The notes beneath the pieces were generated by a model. It had not been told where the DNA came from and searched no databases. It saw only the letters and a list, made by a program, of their open reading frames with translations. Made by a program: the position numbers and the translations under genes. This document shows, piece by piece, positions 49,928 through 60,110 of a stretch of DNA of 64,000 nt. Numbering within the stretch: the first letter of the stretch is position 1; every line of letters begins with the position of its first letter. The stretch lies in assembly GCA_964478165.1 (NCBI GenBank), contig CAYZGU010000004.1:39351-103350 (forward strand), given 5' to 3'. The DNA comes from an uncultured bacterium. Lineage in GTDB: Bacteria; Poribacteria; WGA-4E; JAJDTR01.

Positions 49928-50932
49928 TTGAGAAATAGAACTATGAATTATGATTATAGAGATTTTGACCGTGAAATTTGGAACGATGAGTTAGAGGCCT
50001 TTGTGCCCTCAGTAATTTATGATATGCATTGTCATATTTGGTCCGAAGCGCATCAAGGTAAATCGACGGGGGCTGGCAGTCCGCTACGCATGGAGCAGGA
50101 TTATGAGGACCACCTGTCATGGGCAGCGAACCTTTATCCTGAACGAGAGATGCATTACCTGGTCATCGGAACTCCGGTTCGAGGCATGGACACAGAAGGT
50201 CATAACGACTGGATGGCTTCTCAGCTGGCCGCGGATCCGAAATCAGCCGTTAATATGTTCGTTACACCAGATATGACAGCGGATTACGTTGCTGCCCAGG
50301 TCAAGAAGCACAATTTTTTTGGTCTGAAACCGTATCGAACCTTCGCTCCCGATCCGGCCAATGCGCGCATTCGTGATTTCTTGCCCGAGGCTTTGATAGA
50401 AGTAGCGCACGACATGGGTCTGGCAATCACGATGCATCTCTCCAAAAAAACTGGTGCGGCGGATACTGAAAACCTGGAAGACCTGGATCGCTACACCAAA
50501 GTATATCCAAAAGCGCAGTGGATTTTAGCGCATTGCGCACGCGGTTTCAATGCGTTTAGCCTGGAGCAATCGATTCATGTTCTTAAGCAGATGCCAAATA
50601 TCTGGTATGATACTTCAGCAGTAAATGACCTCTACTCGCACTATCTATTGATGAAACATGAGAATCGAAAACGGGTGATGTTCGGTTCCGACAACGTTGT
50701 GGCGGGGTGCGCACGTGGCAAGTATATTACCTATGGTCGAGCGTGGGACTATTTCGAAGGGTTTCCAGAGCTACGTCACTGCGATGCCACGCCGACGTTG
50801 GTAATATACGAACAATTGCGCCAGCACCGGCAAGTTGCAGACATGTTGGGATTCACTCAGGCGGAAATCGAAGACTTCTTTTCGGGTAATGCTGTGCGGT
50901 TCATAGCACAGCTGCGGGGTGCGCAGAATTAG
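49928..50932 (+). CDS. amidohydrolase family (Amidohydro_2) protein
   Basis: DMHCH, GLKPY, ITMH, LAHC, YDTS, MFGSD, GNA; AAGGAG RBS. Confidence 0.85.
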   Translation: MRNRTMNYDYRDFDREIWNDELEAFVPSVIYDMHCHIWSEAHQGKSTGAGSPLRMEQDYEDHLSWAANLYPEREMHYLVIGTPVRGMDTEGHNDWMASQLAADPKSAVNMFVTPDMTADYVAAQVKKHNFFGLKPYRTFAPDPANARIRDFLPEALIEVAHDMGLAITMHLSKKTGAADTENLEDLDRYTKVYPKAQWILAHCARGFNAFSLEQSIHVLKQMPNIWYDTSAVNDLYSHYLLMKHENRKRVMFGSDNVVAGCARGKYITYGRAWDYFEGFPELRHCDATPTLVIYEQLRQHRQVADMLGFTQAEIEDFFSGNAVRFIAQLRGAQN

Positions 50933-50994
50933 CGTTTGATCTTGTTTTCTCCAGCCGCCTTTTTGTTTTCAGGTTTCAATATCCGCCCTACATA

Positions 50995-52971
50995 ATGGAA
51001 AGACGAAAGATGAGTTCAAAAACAATTACACTATCCTATCAAACCTACACCGAGTTCGACACGAACACTCGCGATTTGAATCTCCATCTCGAGCCGGATA
51101 CCGGGGCCGTGAGTTTGGCCAAGGGTGTGACCTATGCCGACGAGATGGGGAATTGCAATATGCGAGATCTTGAGCTTGTCTCGGGCACGCAATTGATTCG
51201 CAAAGAATTTTGGATTGACAATCCTAATGCTGATGGCGCGGCACTGTTGCCATACATTATGCGTCGACCGGATCCGGGTAGCCGTCTCCGAATCACGATT
51301 AACGATCTACAGACAGTTGTCTTTGAGGAGCCACGGGAACGCGACTATTGGACAGACGGTTGGACGAATATCCCTATTCCCGTTGACGTGCTGCAGCCCG
51401 GATTGAACACGTTTGTTTTCCAAGCAGATGGTGAAGAGACATGGGGCTTTCTAATTGAGCAGGGGTGCCTGCCTAACCGTAGCGCAAAGAGTCGAGATGC
51501 GGGGCGAAATTGGGACGATGAATGTTTGGGCGAGAATCATGCGTGCGATGGCGAATACATGATTCGATTAAGAATAGACCAGTATGCATCGGACGGTGTT
51601 ATGGAATCTCGAATCGTTGATGTTGGAAGCCTTGCATCCGAAGATGGCATCGCAGTACCGTTGCAGCTGAATCGCATAGCGTCCAGCTGGCATGTAGACC
51701 AACCCGGTGACACAGAAATTCAGATGAGGTACCGGCTGGGTTCGACACCTGAATATGAGTTTGAAACCTGGACGGATTGGTGTGATTTCCCGAACGCGAT
51801 TTCGCCCGATGGCTTGCTCCAATGTTCGGATGGTCGGCGTTATTTACAATGGCAGCTGATTTTGCGAACTGGAAATCCCTCGGTTACACCGCGTGTGGAG
51901 GGGCTGGAAATTATGGTTGATGTCGACGTGGGAGGAGAAGTTGGCGAGCCACTTCTTGAGCTAGCCGAACAGAATATTCCAGAGATTGTTCGTGGTTCTC
52001 ATCATTTCGCCTACCTGGCTCATGATACAAAGCGGGCTGAAATCTTTCGAGAGCGTTGGAAGCTCGATGAGGTTATAGCCGATGCAACCTCCGAGTTCGA
52101 CCGGTTTGTCCGTTTGAGTGCCTGGGTCCGACATCAGTGGGAAAACGGTTGGAATAGTGGGGATATCGATTTTTGTCCTCCATGGGATGGAATGCTGATT
52201 CTGGAACTTGCATCGCGCAAGCTCAGTTTGGGCATGTGTACTCACTACAGCACTGTTTTTGTGCATGCGTGTGCGTCGCTGGGACTTATCGCTCGGACAG
52301 TGGTGGTTGGTAGACACTGTGTCGCGGAGGCATGGTCCGAGGAATATGATAAATGGATTATGGTGGACACGGGCGGCGATTCTAGAGATGAAACCAAGGC
52401 GACATACAGCTACACGCGAGACGGCGTTCCCATGAGTACACTAGAGGTTCACACTGCCTGGGTGAATCAGGATTTTGATGGCCTTGCAATCGAACCGGAA
52501 CATGCGGCGAAACGATTTGAAGACAGCCTTACCACCCGGACTGGGTTGTTTGATTCTTTCTGCATCACCCGGCGAAACGATGAACTCCGTACCCTTAGCC
52601 CCGGCGAACCCGAACACGGAAAGGCGCCATACCATTACGATGGCTATCTGTGGTGGAAAGACAATAACACGCCACCTAATCCGTGGTTCTCCAGGAAGTC
52701 GAACCGAATCGGCGATTTCTACTGGACGCCTAATCGCACCATGATTTATCTGAGTCGATGCGATGACTCAGAGGTGCTTGATGTGGATTTTACTACTACA
52801 GCACCCAATTTGAAACACTATCTGGTTCAGATAGATCGTGGAGATTGGAAATCGCAGCCGAATCATTTTGGTTGGCAATTGCGAGATGGAGAGAACCACT
52901 TGCGTGTGAAGAGTGTCAATCAGTGGGGTTGGGAGGGTAAGGAGAGCCACGTTCTAGTGAAACGTATGTAG
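50995..52971 (+). CDS. transglutaminase-like domain protein with large N-terminal beta region
   Basis: GMCTHYS (Cys), HCVAEAWS (His), KWIMVD (Asp) triad pattern in the C-terminal half. Confidence 0.75.
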   Translation: MERRKMSSKTITLSYQTYTEFDTNTRDLNLHLEPDTGAVSLAKGVTYADEMGNCNMRDLELVSGTQLIRKEFWIDNPNADGAALLPYIMRRPDPGSRLRITINDLQTVVFEEPRERDYWTDGWTNIPIPVDVLQPGLNTFVFQADGEETWGFLIEQGCLPNRSAKSRDAGRNWDDECLGENHACDGEYMIRLRIDQYASDGVMESRIVDVGSLASEDGIAVPLQLNRIASSWHVDQPGDTEIQMRYRLGSTPEYEFETWTDWCDFPNAISPDGLLQCSDGRRYLQWQLILRTGNPSVTPRVEGLEIMVDVDVGGEVGEPLLELAEQNIPEIVRGSHHFAYLAHDTKRAEIFRERWKLDEVIADATSEFDRFVRLSAWVRHQWENGWNSGDIDFCPPWDGMLILELASRKLSLGMCTHYSTVFVHACASLGLIARTVVVGRHCVAEAWSEEYDKWIMVDTGGDSRDETKATYSYTRDGVPMSTLEVHTAWVNQDFDGLAIEPEHAAKRFEDSLTTRTGLFDSFCITRRNDELRTLSPGEPEHGKAPYHYDGYLWWKDNNTPPNPWFSRKSNRIGDFYWTPNRTMIYLSRCDDSEVLDVDFTTTAPNLKHYLVQIDRGDWKSQPNHFGWQLRDGENHLRVKSVNQWGWEGKESHVLVKRM

Positions 52972-53397
52972 CGAGTAAGGCGATTGCAAATGAGACGAAA
53001 GGTCCGTTTCGCGATTTTCCTAACTTGCAAGCCTTTCGCCGCATCGAAAGTCAGCCATCAATAGGTTGTAGGGTTGAACGGTGATCTTGAATCAGGGGCC
53101 ACCAAGTCCGAAGACCTGAATTCCGGGTGGCTGCAGGTGCATCTTACGAGAGCAAAGTTACATGTCAGATGGGCGAAATTCTTGAACTGGGTTACAGCAT
53201 AAGTATCTGGTATCGTTGTTGGCTTTCGATGAGACAGTGGGACGATTGGACGTGATGTGGATGTTCTATGCAAAAATTTTTAGAGAACCGTCACATCCAG
53301 ACGGGTCTTAAAACAATTAAAAAGGGGGACCGTGGCTGCTTTCGGAGTTCCGATTATGTTTGCTTGACTTGGAGCCCGTCGGGAGGTAGATGTTGCC

Positions 53398-54981
53398 ATG
53401 AAAGTTCGTATGGATAAACCAAGGTTGATTTACTATAATGATGGTCATCATTTTCACGGAAAGCGAATCGAACCGCCCGCTTCGATTCACATGCTCCAGT
53501 GGCCCGTCGACGAGGTGTTGGGCACAGGAGTCGATCTTCTGGTCCTAGGTCTCGGATATGCTGACGTCTATTTTCACAATAGCAAGGTTGGCCGGGTTGT
53601 AGGGCAGATGAAAGAGGTGTGGGAAAATTACATCGACTGGCGCATCATGCGCATGGTGGAAGAAGCCCAGAAGCTCGGAACCGATCAGGTGCGGGAAGTG
53701 ATTAAGCGTGGTCGTGAAAAGGGATTGACCGTGTTTCCATCCCTGAAATTGCAAAGCAGTACAGCACCGGGGGGAGAGCGCTGTGGTCTTTTAAAATGGG
53801 AACACGGCGCCGAGGTTTGTATCGGCGATTCGGGTCGAGCGGAGTGGTGTTACGACTTCTCTCATGAGCTGGTGCGAAAGGACAAGCTAGCCATGCTTCG
53901 AGAGATGTTGGTGGACTACGAAGCAGATGGTCTCGAATTGGATTTCATGTTCGACCGATCCTACTTCAAGCAGTCTGAGATAGAGAAACACACACCGTTA
54001 ATGAATAGTTTTATGGCCGAGATTCGAGGAATGGCGAACGAAATTGGCAAAGAACAGGACAGGGAAATCCCCATCATGGTCCGTGTCGGGCTTGACCGTG
54101 AGTATAATCTGGGAATTGGGCTTGACGTCGAGGCCTGGTTCGAGGCGGGTAGTATTGACTACGTCGTTGGGCAGGACGAGCATGCACTCACTGACACAGA
54201 ACCAAAGCCACAATGGTTGCCGGATGCAGCTAACGCTGTCGATGGTGGGGCCTACTATCGTCCGCCGAGGCGCGTGTACGATGAGCGGGTCGGACTGCCG
54301 AGCATCGAAATGTACCGTGCGCTCGGACAGACTCTCTTCTCGGAAGGATGGGCTGGCATGTATCACGGATATCTCCCGTGGCCTTTCGGCGAACCTGAGT
54401 ACGAAATCTTGCGTGAGGTCGGCCATCCCGACGTCCATGCGAGGCGGTACAAACGCTATCTGCTCCAACCACGAGAGGGTATAGAGGGCGAACCAACGAC
54501 CACACCTCATCGCCAGCTACCAGTGCCTCTTGCAGAAGGGCAAACGGCTAAGCTAAACATCTGGGTCGCTGACGACATCGAAAGTGCGAAGAAGGATGGA
54601 GAGATGCGTAAACCAATTCTCACGGTACGGTTCTCCTATTTCTGTATTGATGATGATGTTGAGTTCCGGTTCAATGGTCGAGTTTTGCCGTGGGAGGATG
54701 CCGAAATTACCGATGAACGTGCGCTGTTTATGAAGGTGGACCTCGCGGGTTCCATGAGCGTTCAAGCGCCGCTGGGCATGTCTGCTCACTGGTTCCGATA
54801 TAAACTGGAGTTGGAGGACCTGAATCAGGGCGAGAACACCCTTGAAGTTGAAAGCAGGCGTTTTTCTAAGGCCGCGGGCTTCACGCGCAGCGTCAACGGG
54901 GTGGAGATTCAGACGCGTTATAAGGATTTCCTTCGACCTGAAGGACTCGGATTGCAGAGGGTGCCACCGCCGCGTGGATAG
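53398..54981 (+). CDS. GHL10-like TIM-barrel protein, YYNDxHH subfamily
   Basis: LIYYNDGHH, FPSLKL, DGLELDFMF, EIQTRYKDFLRPEG; paralog of 27950. Confidence 0.65.
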   Translation: MKVRMDKPRLIYYNDGHHFHGKRIEPPASIHMLQWPVDEVLGTGVDLLVLGLGYADVYFHNSKVGRVVGQMKEVWENYIDWRIMRMVEEAQKLGTDQVREVIKRGREKGLTVFPSLKLQSSTAPGGERCGLLKWEHGAEVCIGDSGRAEWCYDFSHELVRKDKLAMLREMLVDYEADGLELDFMFDRSYFKQSEIEKHTPLMNSFMAEIRGMANEIGKEQDREIPIMVRVGLDREYNLGIGLDVEAWFEAGSIDYVVGQDEHALTDTEPKPQWLPDAANAVDGGAYYRPPRRVYDERVGLPSIEMYRALGQTLFSEGWAGMYHGYLPWPFGEPEYEILREVGHPDVHARRYKRYLLQPREGIEGEPTTTPHRQLPVPLAEGQTAKLNIWVADDIESAKKDGEMRKPILTVRFSYFCIDDDVEFRFNGRVLPWEDAEITDERALFMKVDLAGSMSVQAPLGMSAHWFRYKLELEDLNQGENTLEVESRRFSKAAGFTRSVNGVEIQTRYKDFLRPEGLGLQRVPPPRG

Positions 54982-54998
54982 CGCAGGGTATTTAAGTT

Positions 54999-55202
54999 AT
55001 GAAGCACTTCTCAATTGAGACTGCTGGCTTGGCACTTCCGTCGAATGCCAAGCCAGAGTTGACGCATGCCCTAAACGTCAGTTGGAAGGGGAGGGCAGTT
55101 GCCGGGTTGCGACAGGCGGTCTACCGTTCGTATGTTTATCCGGTGTTGACACCCTCGGGAATGGCTGTTAGCACGGATGTGCCTACTGACCACCCGTGGT
55201 AA
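54999..55202 (+). pseudogene. N-terminal remnant of a DUF6807/PmoA-like (PF14100-type) gene
   Basis: RSYVYPVLTPSGMAVSTDVPTDHPW resembles the family's Y.YP..TP.G...P.DHPHH motif; stops after 67 aa. Confidence 0.55.
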
Positions 55203-55232
55203 CAGCCCCAATTCGTTGGTGGCTATAACGTT

Positions 55233-55424
55233 GTGTGTGGTTTGGCAGATATCATCGACTGCTTGGAGGGACGTTTGAACGAACCTAAGAGCTCGGGAAG
55301 AAGGGTGGCCGTTGCGTTTGAAGTCGAGATTGCACTGAAACAATCGTCGATGCAACAAGGAACGTGCGTCGACTTACCGCTAAAGAATCGGTCGCTTGGG
55401 CTCAATTACGATTGGTTTCGGTAG
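55233..55424 (+). pseudogene. C-terminal remnant of a Gfo/Idh/MocA gene
   Basis: IIDCLE..EPKSSGRRVAVAFEVEIALKQS..VDLPLKNRSL aligns with the C-termini of the intact Gfo paralogs here; no N-terminal domain. Confidence 0.7.
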
Positions 55425-55489
55425 ACATTATATGACGCTGTTCCAGTGTGTAGCCGCGAATTTGAGGTTGCTGAAAATGGGGATAACCG

Positions 55490-56971
55490 ATGGCAGAAAC
55501 TCAGGTGTTTTTGGCATTCGATCTTGGTGCCGAAAGCGGACGTGCGGTGCTTGGGTACTTCAATCGCCAGAAAATCTTCTTAGAAGAGCTCCACCGATTT
55601 ACTAATGGTGGAGTTCGTGTTCTGGATAGTTTGCACTGGGACGTACTCCATCTGTGGAGCGAAATGAAAAACGCCCTGTCGATCTGTGCCCTACGGGATT
55701 TACATCTCCAAGGAATCGGTGTTGACACATGGGGAGTTGATTTCGCTATGATTGGCGCGGATAACTCACTTCTTAGTCTCCCATATCATTACCGTGATTC
55801 ACGTACCGATGGCATGCTGGAGGAAGCCTTCTGTCGTCTTTCGCGCGAGGAGATTTTTGGGTTCAGTGGTGGACAGTTTCTTCAGATTAACACCCTGTAC
55901 CAATTGCTGTCCATGGTGGTGCACCAATCGCCATTACTTGAGATTGCGGATACGCTTCTTATGATGTCTGATCTGTTTGTCTTTTGGTTGACGGGAAAGA
56001 AGGTCTGTGAGTTTACCAATGCAACCACGACACAGTTTTATGACCCACGGCAGAAGTGTTGGTCAAGAGATATTTTCAAGGCATTCAGTCTTCCGTTCGG
56101 TCTCCTCCCGGAGATTGTACAGCCGGGTACCCAACTCGGCACGCTCCTTCCGTCTGTGTGTGAAGAGACGGGATTAGGAGACGTACCCGTTATTGCTACG
56201 GGGAGTCACGATACGGCCTCTGCTGTCGCAGCCGTGCCCGCACTCGGCGAGAATTGGGCTTATATTAGCTCCGGAACATGGTCCCTGATGGGTGTAGAGC
56301 TTCCTGAACCGATGCTCGCCGATCGTGCACTGAATCTTAATTTTACGAATGAGGGTGGCGTGGACAATACGTTCCGTTTTCTCAAGAACATCATGGGATT
56401 ATGGCTGGTGCAGGAATGTCGGCGGATCTGGGCGCGAGAAGGTTGTAAAATGTCGTACGACCAGTTAACTCAGATTGCTGCGAATGCTCAACCCTTTACA
56501 GCGATGATCGATCCTGATGACAGCACCTTTCTGAGCCGTGGAGATATGCCGTCGCGTATTCTTGAGTACTGTAGACGGGGCGGACAAGCGCCGCCTTCAG
56601 ACGAAGGCAGCACGATTCGCTGTGTCCTAGAAAGTTTGGCGTTGAAATATCGGTGGGTTCGAGAGAAACTCGAATTTATGTGGGGCAAACCGATTAACGT
56701 CATTCACGTGATCGGGGGTGGTGCTCGGAATACACTCCTGTGTCAGTTCACTGCGAATGCGACTGGTGTGCCCGTTGTCGCTGGTCCAACAGAGGCGACC
56801 GCAATTGGGAACATCATGGTACAAGCACTGGGGATAGGTTTAATCGATTCGATTACTCACGGCCGTGAGATTATCCGCCAATCTTTTGAGTTGGTGACCT
56901 ACGAACCACAGGATGTGAATCGGTGGAACGGAGCCTACCAGCAGTTTCTTGCTGTTACTGCACTGAGTTAG
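55490..56971 (+). CDS. rhaB: rhamnulokinase (FGGY family)
   Basis: AFDLGAESGR, DTWGVDF, YRDSRT, INTLYQL, SHDTASA, ISSGTWS, FTNEGG, RFLKNIMGLW, EATAIGN. Confidence 0.85.
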   Translation: MAETQVFLAFDLGAESGRAVLGYFNRQKIFLEELHRFTNGGVRVLDSLHWDVLHLWSEMKNALSICALRDLHLQGIGVDTWGVDFAMIGADNSLLSLPYHYRDSRTDGMLEEAFCRLSREEIFGFSGGQFLQINTLYQLLSMVVHQSPLLEIADTLLMMSDLFVFWLTGKKVCEFTNATTTQFYDPRQKCWSRDIFKAFSLPFGLLPEIVQPGTQLGTLLPSVCEETGLGDVPVIATGSHDTASAVAAVPALGENWAYISSGTWSLMGVELPEPMLADRALNLNFTNEGGVDNTFRFLKNIMGLWLVQECRRIWAREGCKMSYDQLTQIAANAQPFTAMIDPDDSTFLSRGDMPSRILEYCRRGGQAPPSDEGSTIRCVLESLALKYRWVREKLEFMWGKPINVIHVIGGGARNTLLCQFTANATGVPVVAGPTEATAIGNIMVQALGIGLIDSITHGREIIRQSFELVTYEPQDVNRWNGAYQQFLAVTALS

Positions 56972-57027
56972 ATTAGGATAGTGTTCATCTTAACCAATCG
57001 CGACACTTGTACACCAAGGAAATAGTA

Positions 57028-58602
57028 ATGAGGTCTCCAGCACCCACCTATAAGATTATTTACAATTGGGACGGTGCACCACTCGATTACGCGGAATATC
57101 CGCAGTCAGTCGAACAATTCCTTGAAAAGGTATATGCACCAATACAGGATACGCAGGTAGACGCACTGTTTTGGTGCATTGGTGAGCATGAGGCGGAGTG
57201 GCCGTCACAAACCATGGAAGTGGTGGGTGATTCGGTTAATCGTGTATACAATTCCGTGCGCAGCATGCGTCACGCGGAGAATATTCGCGCGATGTTTGAG
57301 CGAGGTGAAAACCCTTATGCTGCGATGGTTGCTCGTGGGCATGAGCAGGGAATTGATGTATATGCATCGGTGCGGATGAACGACCAACACTTCTGGAATC
57401 TTCAGAGTTTGGGAACTATGCAGACAACAGTGGCCGAAGGTCTAACACTGTTGCGAAGAGATCACCCGGAGTGGTGCCTTGGAGATCAAGCGCCCGGTTG
57501 GTGCACTACCTCTTGGAATATGGCAATTCCCGAGATTAGAGCGCATAAGCTCGAGCTCATCACCGAAGCCTGTCGTCTCGCTGACTGGGATGGAGTGGAG
57601 TTGGACTGGCAACGACATGCCTTCCATCTTCCTGAGGCCGACGGGTACCGACTTCGTTACACTCTCACCGATTTACAGCGTGCTGTGCGGCGGATGACGG
57701 ATGGAATCGCACAAGAACGAGGTAGGCCTTTTAATGTGGCGGCCCGGGTGGGGACAACAATCGAGGCATGTCGTCGGATAGGGTACGACATCGAGGCCTG
57801 GGTGAAGGAGGGACTATTTGACATCGTAATCCCTGCAGGGAACTCTGGCACAGATGACGGGATTGAAATCGAAGTGTTGGTGGAGTTGCTTGGAAGCACA
57901 GGAATAAAACTGTATGGAGGTTTCGACAACGATGCGAGGCAGCAGACGCAACGTTTGGTTCCGGTTTCAGACTGGCGGGATGCGTGGTTTCGTGCGCTTT
58001 CTAAAGGCTATTTTGAGCGCGGTGCCCACGGCATATATGTTTTTAATTGGCATGGTACTGTGGAGACGCGGCGCGCGCTCTTAACCACCATTGGCGAACC
58101 TAAAACACTGGAGGGAAAAAATAAGATATATTCGAGCGTCCACCGGAGCATTGCACCAAAGAACAGTTTGCGAGTTGATGCAGAACGAGATGATCGAATC
58201 TATGGTGAGACACCGGTGGCCCTCTATCGCACATTAACCGGCGATGGTCCGACATTCCAGATTCCTGTCTATGATCGTATTGACGAAGCAGCGAGACGTG
58301 GGAAATTGAAAAGTGTGGAGTTGCAGATTGAGTTAGCTCATTTTTCACTCGGGGACGAAGTTGACGTGAGAATGGATGGATATGAACTCGATGCACCAGT
58401 TCTTCGTAGCGCGACCGGTGAGGATGCTAACAATCCTTCTGATGTCGACGAAAATAGTTGGTTTGTATGGAACCTTTCGCCAGAGAGAGTTGACTTTGGC
58501 ATTCACCAAATTCAGATATGCTTGGTTGCGCGTGATTCGCGGATTAGGGCACCACTTGTGGTGCAGCATGTCGAGATCGGGGTCAGCTACAACGAGTTTT
58601 GA
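57028..58602 (+). CDS. GHL10-like TIM-barrel protein, NWDG subfamily
   Basis: AAGGA RBS; YNWDG, SVRMND, DGVELDWQRHAFH, NPSDVDENSW. Confidence 0.7.
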   Translation: MRSPAPTYKIIYNWDGAPLDYAEYPQSVEQFLEKVYAPIQDTQVDALFWCIGEHEAEWPSQTMEVVGDSVNRVYNSVRSMRHAENIRAMFERGENPYAAMVARGHEQGIDVYASVRMNDQHFWNLQSLGTMQTTVAEGLTLLRRDHPEWCLGDQAPGWCTTSWNMAIPEIRAHKLELITEACRLADWDGVELDWQRHAFHLPEADGYRLRYTLTDLQRAVRRMTDGIAQERGRPFNVAARVGTTIEACRRIGYDIEAWVKEGLFDIVIPAGNSGTDDGIEIEVLVELLGSTGIKLYGGFDNDARQQTQRLVPVSDWRDAWFRALSKGYFERGAHGIYVFNWHGTVETRRALLTTIGEPKTLEGKNKIYSSVHRSIAPKNSLRVDAERDDRIYGETPVALYRTLTGDGPTFQIPVYDRIDEAARRGKLKSVELQIELAHFSLGDEVDVRMDGYELDAPVLRSATGEDANNPSDVDENSWFVWNLSPERVDFGIHQIQICLVARDSRIRAPLVVQHVEIGVSYNEF

Positions 58603-58634
58603 ATTCCGAGCTGGTACTGGTTTATTGGTTTACG

Positions 58635-59870
58635 ATGGATAAAATTAGACTTGGACTGGTAGGTTGTGGCGGAATGGGTACGCGCCATCTCTATGGATTG
58701 CGCGAATTGACGCAAACCCCTTTCTGTAACGTTGAGCTGGGCGCGCTTTGCGATCTCAACCGCGAAAATGCAGAATTGGCGGCTTCAGAAGCGGAAAAAC
58801 TTTTCGGTGTCAAGCCAGAGATATTTACTGATTTGGAGGAGATGACGTGCAAAGTCCCCGATCTCACGGCAGTCGACGTTGTCACAGATCCCTCGGTGCA
58901 TCATAATGTCGTGTGTAAGGCCTTGGATCTTGGGCTACATGTAATGGTCGAGAAGCCAATGGCTATAACCGTCAAGGCGTGTCGGAAAATGTTGGAAGCG
59001 GCAGAGCGCAACCGCCGGTTGTTGTCAGTCGCGGAAAACTATCGACGCGATCCTTCTGCTCGCCTGGTTCGCCATCTTATTCAGACGGGTGCAATTGGTG
59101 AACCCTATATGGCATTGTTCCATTCGCTTAATCCGACCGACGAGATTTTTATTACACCCTGGAGACATCTTAAAGACAGGGGGGGGGCTATTCTCGACTG
59201 GGGTGTACACTTTGCCGATATGATACGGTACCAACTAGGAGATATAGTGGAGGTGTACGGAGATGTGAGATTGGTGGAACCTGTGAGAAGAAAGGCAGAA
59301 AGCATAGGGAATACCTACACCTTTTACCAGGAGCGGTTTGAGGAGATGGACTCTGAGGTTCGGGCAACAGCAGAAGATACTTCGCTCGCGATGTTCCGGA
59401 TGGAGAGCGGAGTCAGTGTGAGCTGGATTGCGGCTCTGAGCGGTCACGCTAGTGACGGTCGCGAAGTCGTCCTAGGAACCGAGGGTAGCATCGCAGGTTT
59501 TGGAACGCGCGGCGGCAGTATCAGTATGAGGCGTAGGACACAGGAGGAGATGAGCTACGAAGACATTTTAGAAAATTGGAACGATTTCGGCCTTGAGCCG
59601 CTGGCGGAGCATCTGTTTCCGTCTGCGAGTGCGTCTGGTGACGCAGTTGTTGATTCGAAGATAATTGCGCTGGAATATTTCGAACTCGCTGAAGCCATTC
59701 TCCATGGACGCCCCTTAGAAGTAGATGGGAGCTGTGGCTTAAAGGATGTCGCGGCAGTTTACGCCATATTTGAATCTTCTCGGGCAGGTCGGACTGTGAA
59801 GATGGCCGAGGTGGAATCTTGCCAAGTGTACGATTATCAGGCAGAGATTGATGAGTCGTTGGCAATATAG
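58635..59870 (+). CDS. Gfo/Idh/MocA family oxidoreductase
   Basis: GLVGCGGMG, VEKPMA, AENYR, ILDWGVHFAD. Confidence 0.92.
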   Translation: MDKIRLGLVGCGGMGTRHLYGLRELTQTPFCNVELGALCDLNRENAELAASEAEKLFGVKPEIFTDLEEMTCKVPDLTAVDVVTDPSVHHNVVCKALDLGLHVMVEKPMAITVKACRKMLEAAERNRRLLSVAENYRRDPSARLVRHLIQTGAIGEPYMALFHSLNPTDEIFITPWRHLKDRGGAILDWGVHFADMIRYQLGDIVEVYGDVRLVEPVRRKAESIGNTYTFYQERFEEMDSEVRATAEDTSLAMFRMESGVSVSWIAALSGHASDGREVVLGTEGSIAGFGTRGGSISMRRRTQEEMSYEDILENWNDFGLEPLAEHLFPSASASGDAVVDSKIIALEYFELAEAILHGRPLEVDGSCGLKDVAAVYAIFESSRAGRTVKMAEVESCQVYDYQAEIDESLAI

Positions 59871-60110
59871 CAATGGCCACCATCAGGGAGCAGGTCGAAT
59901 GCAGACCAGGAACGCTTATTGACAATCCGGTTTACCTATGACCATTTTCGTTACTGGTCCACACTATTGTGCTTGGGGGCTTAGTACAGAGGGTGCGGGT
60001 GGAAGATGAGTGCCGTCTCAGGGATTATGAGGTGCGGGGGCGCGCTTGTTCGCCTAGTGGGGGGGCAAATTTATCGTCAATGTCAAGTTGATGGGTCAGG
60101 AAGGTTTCAT

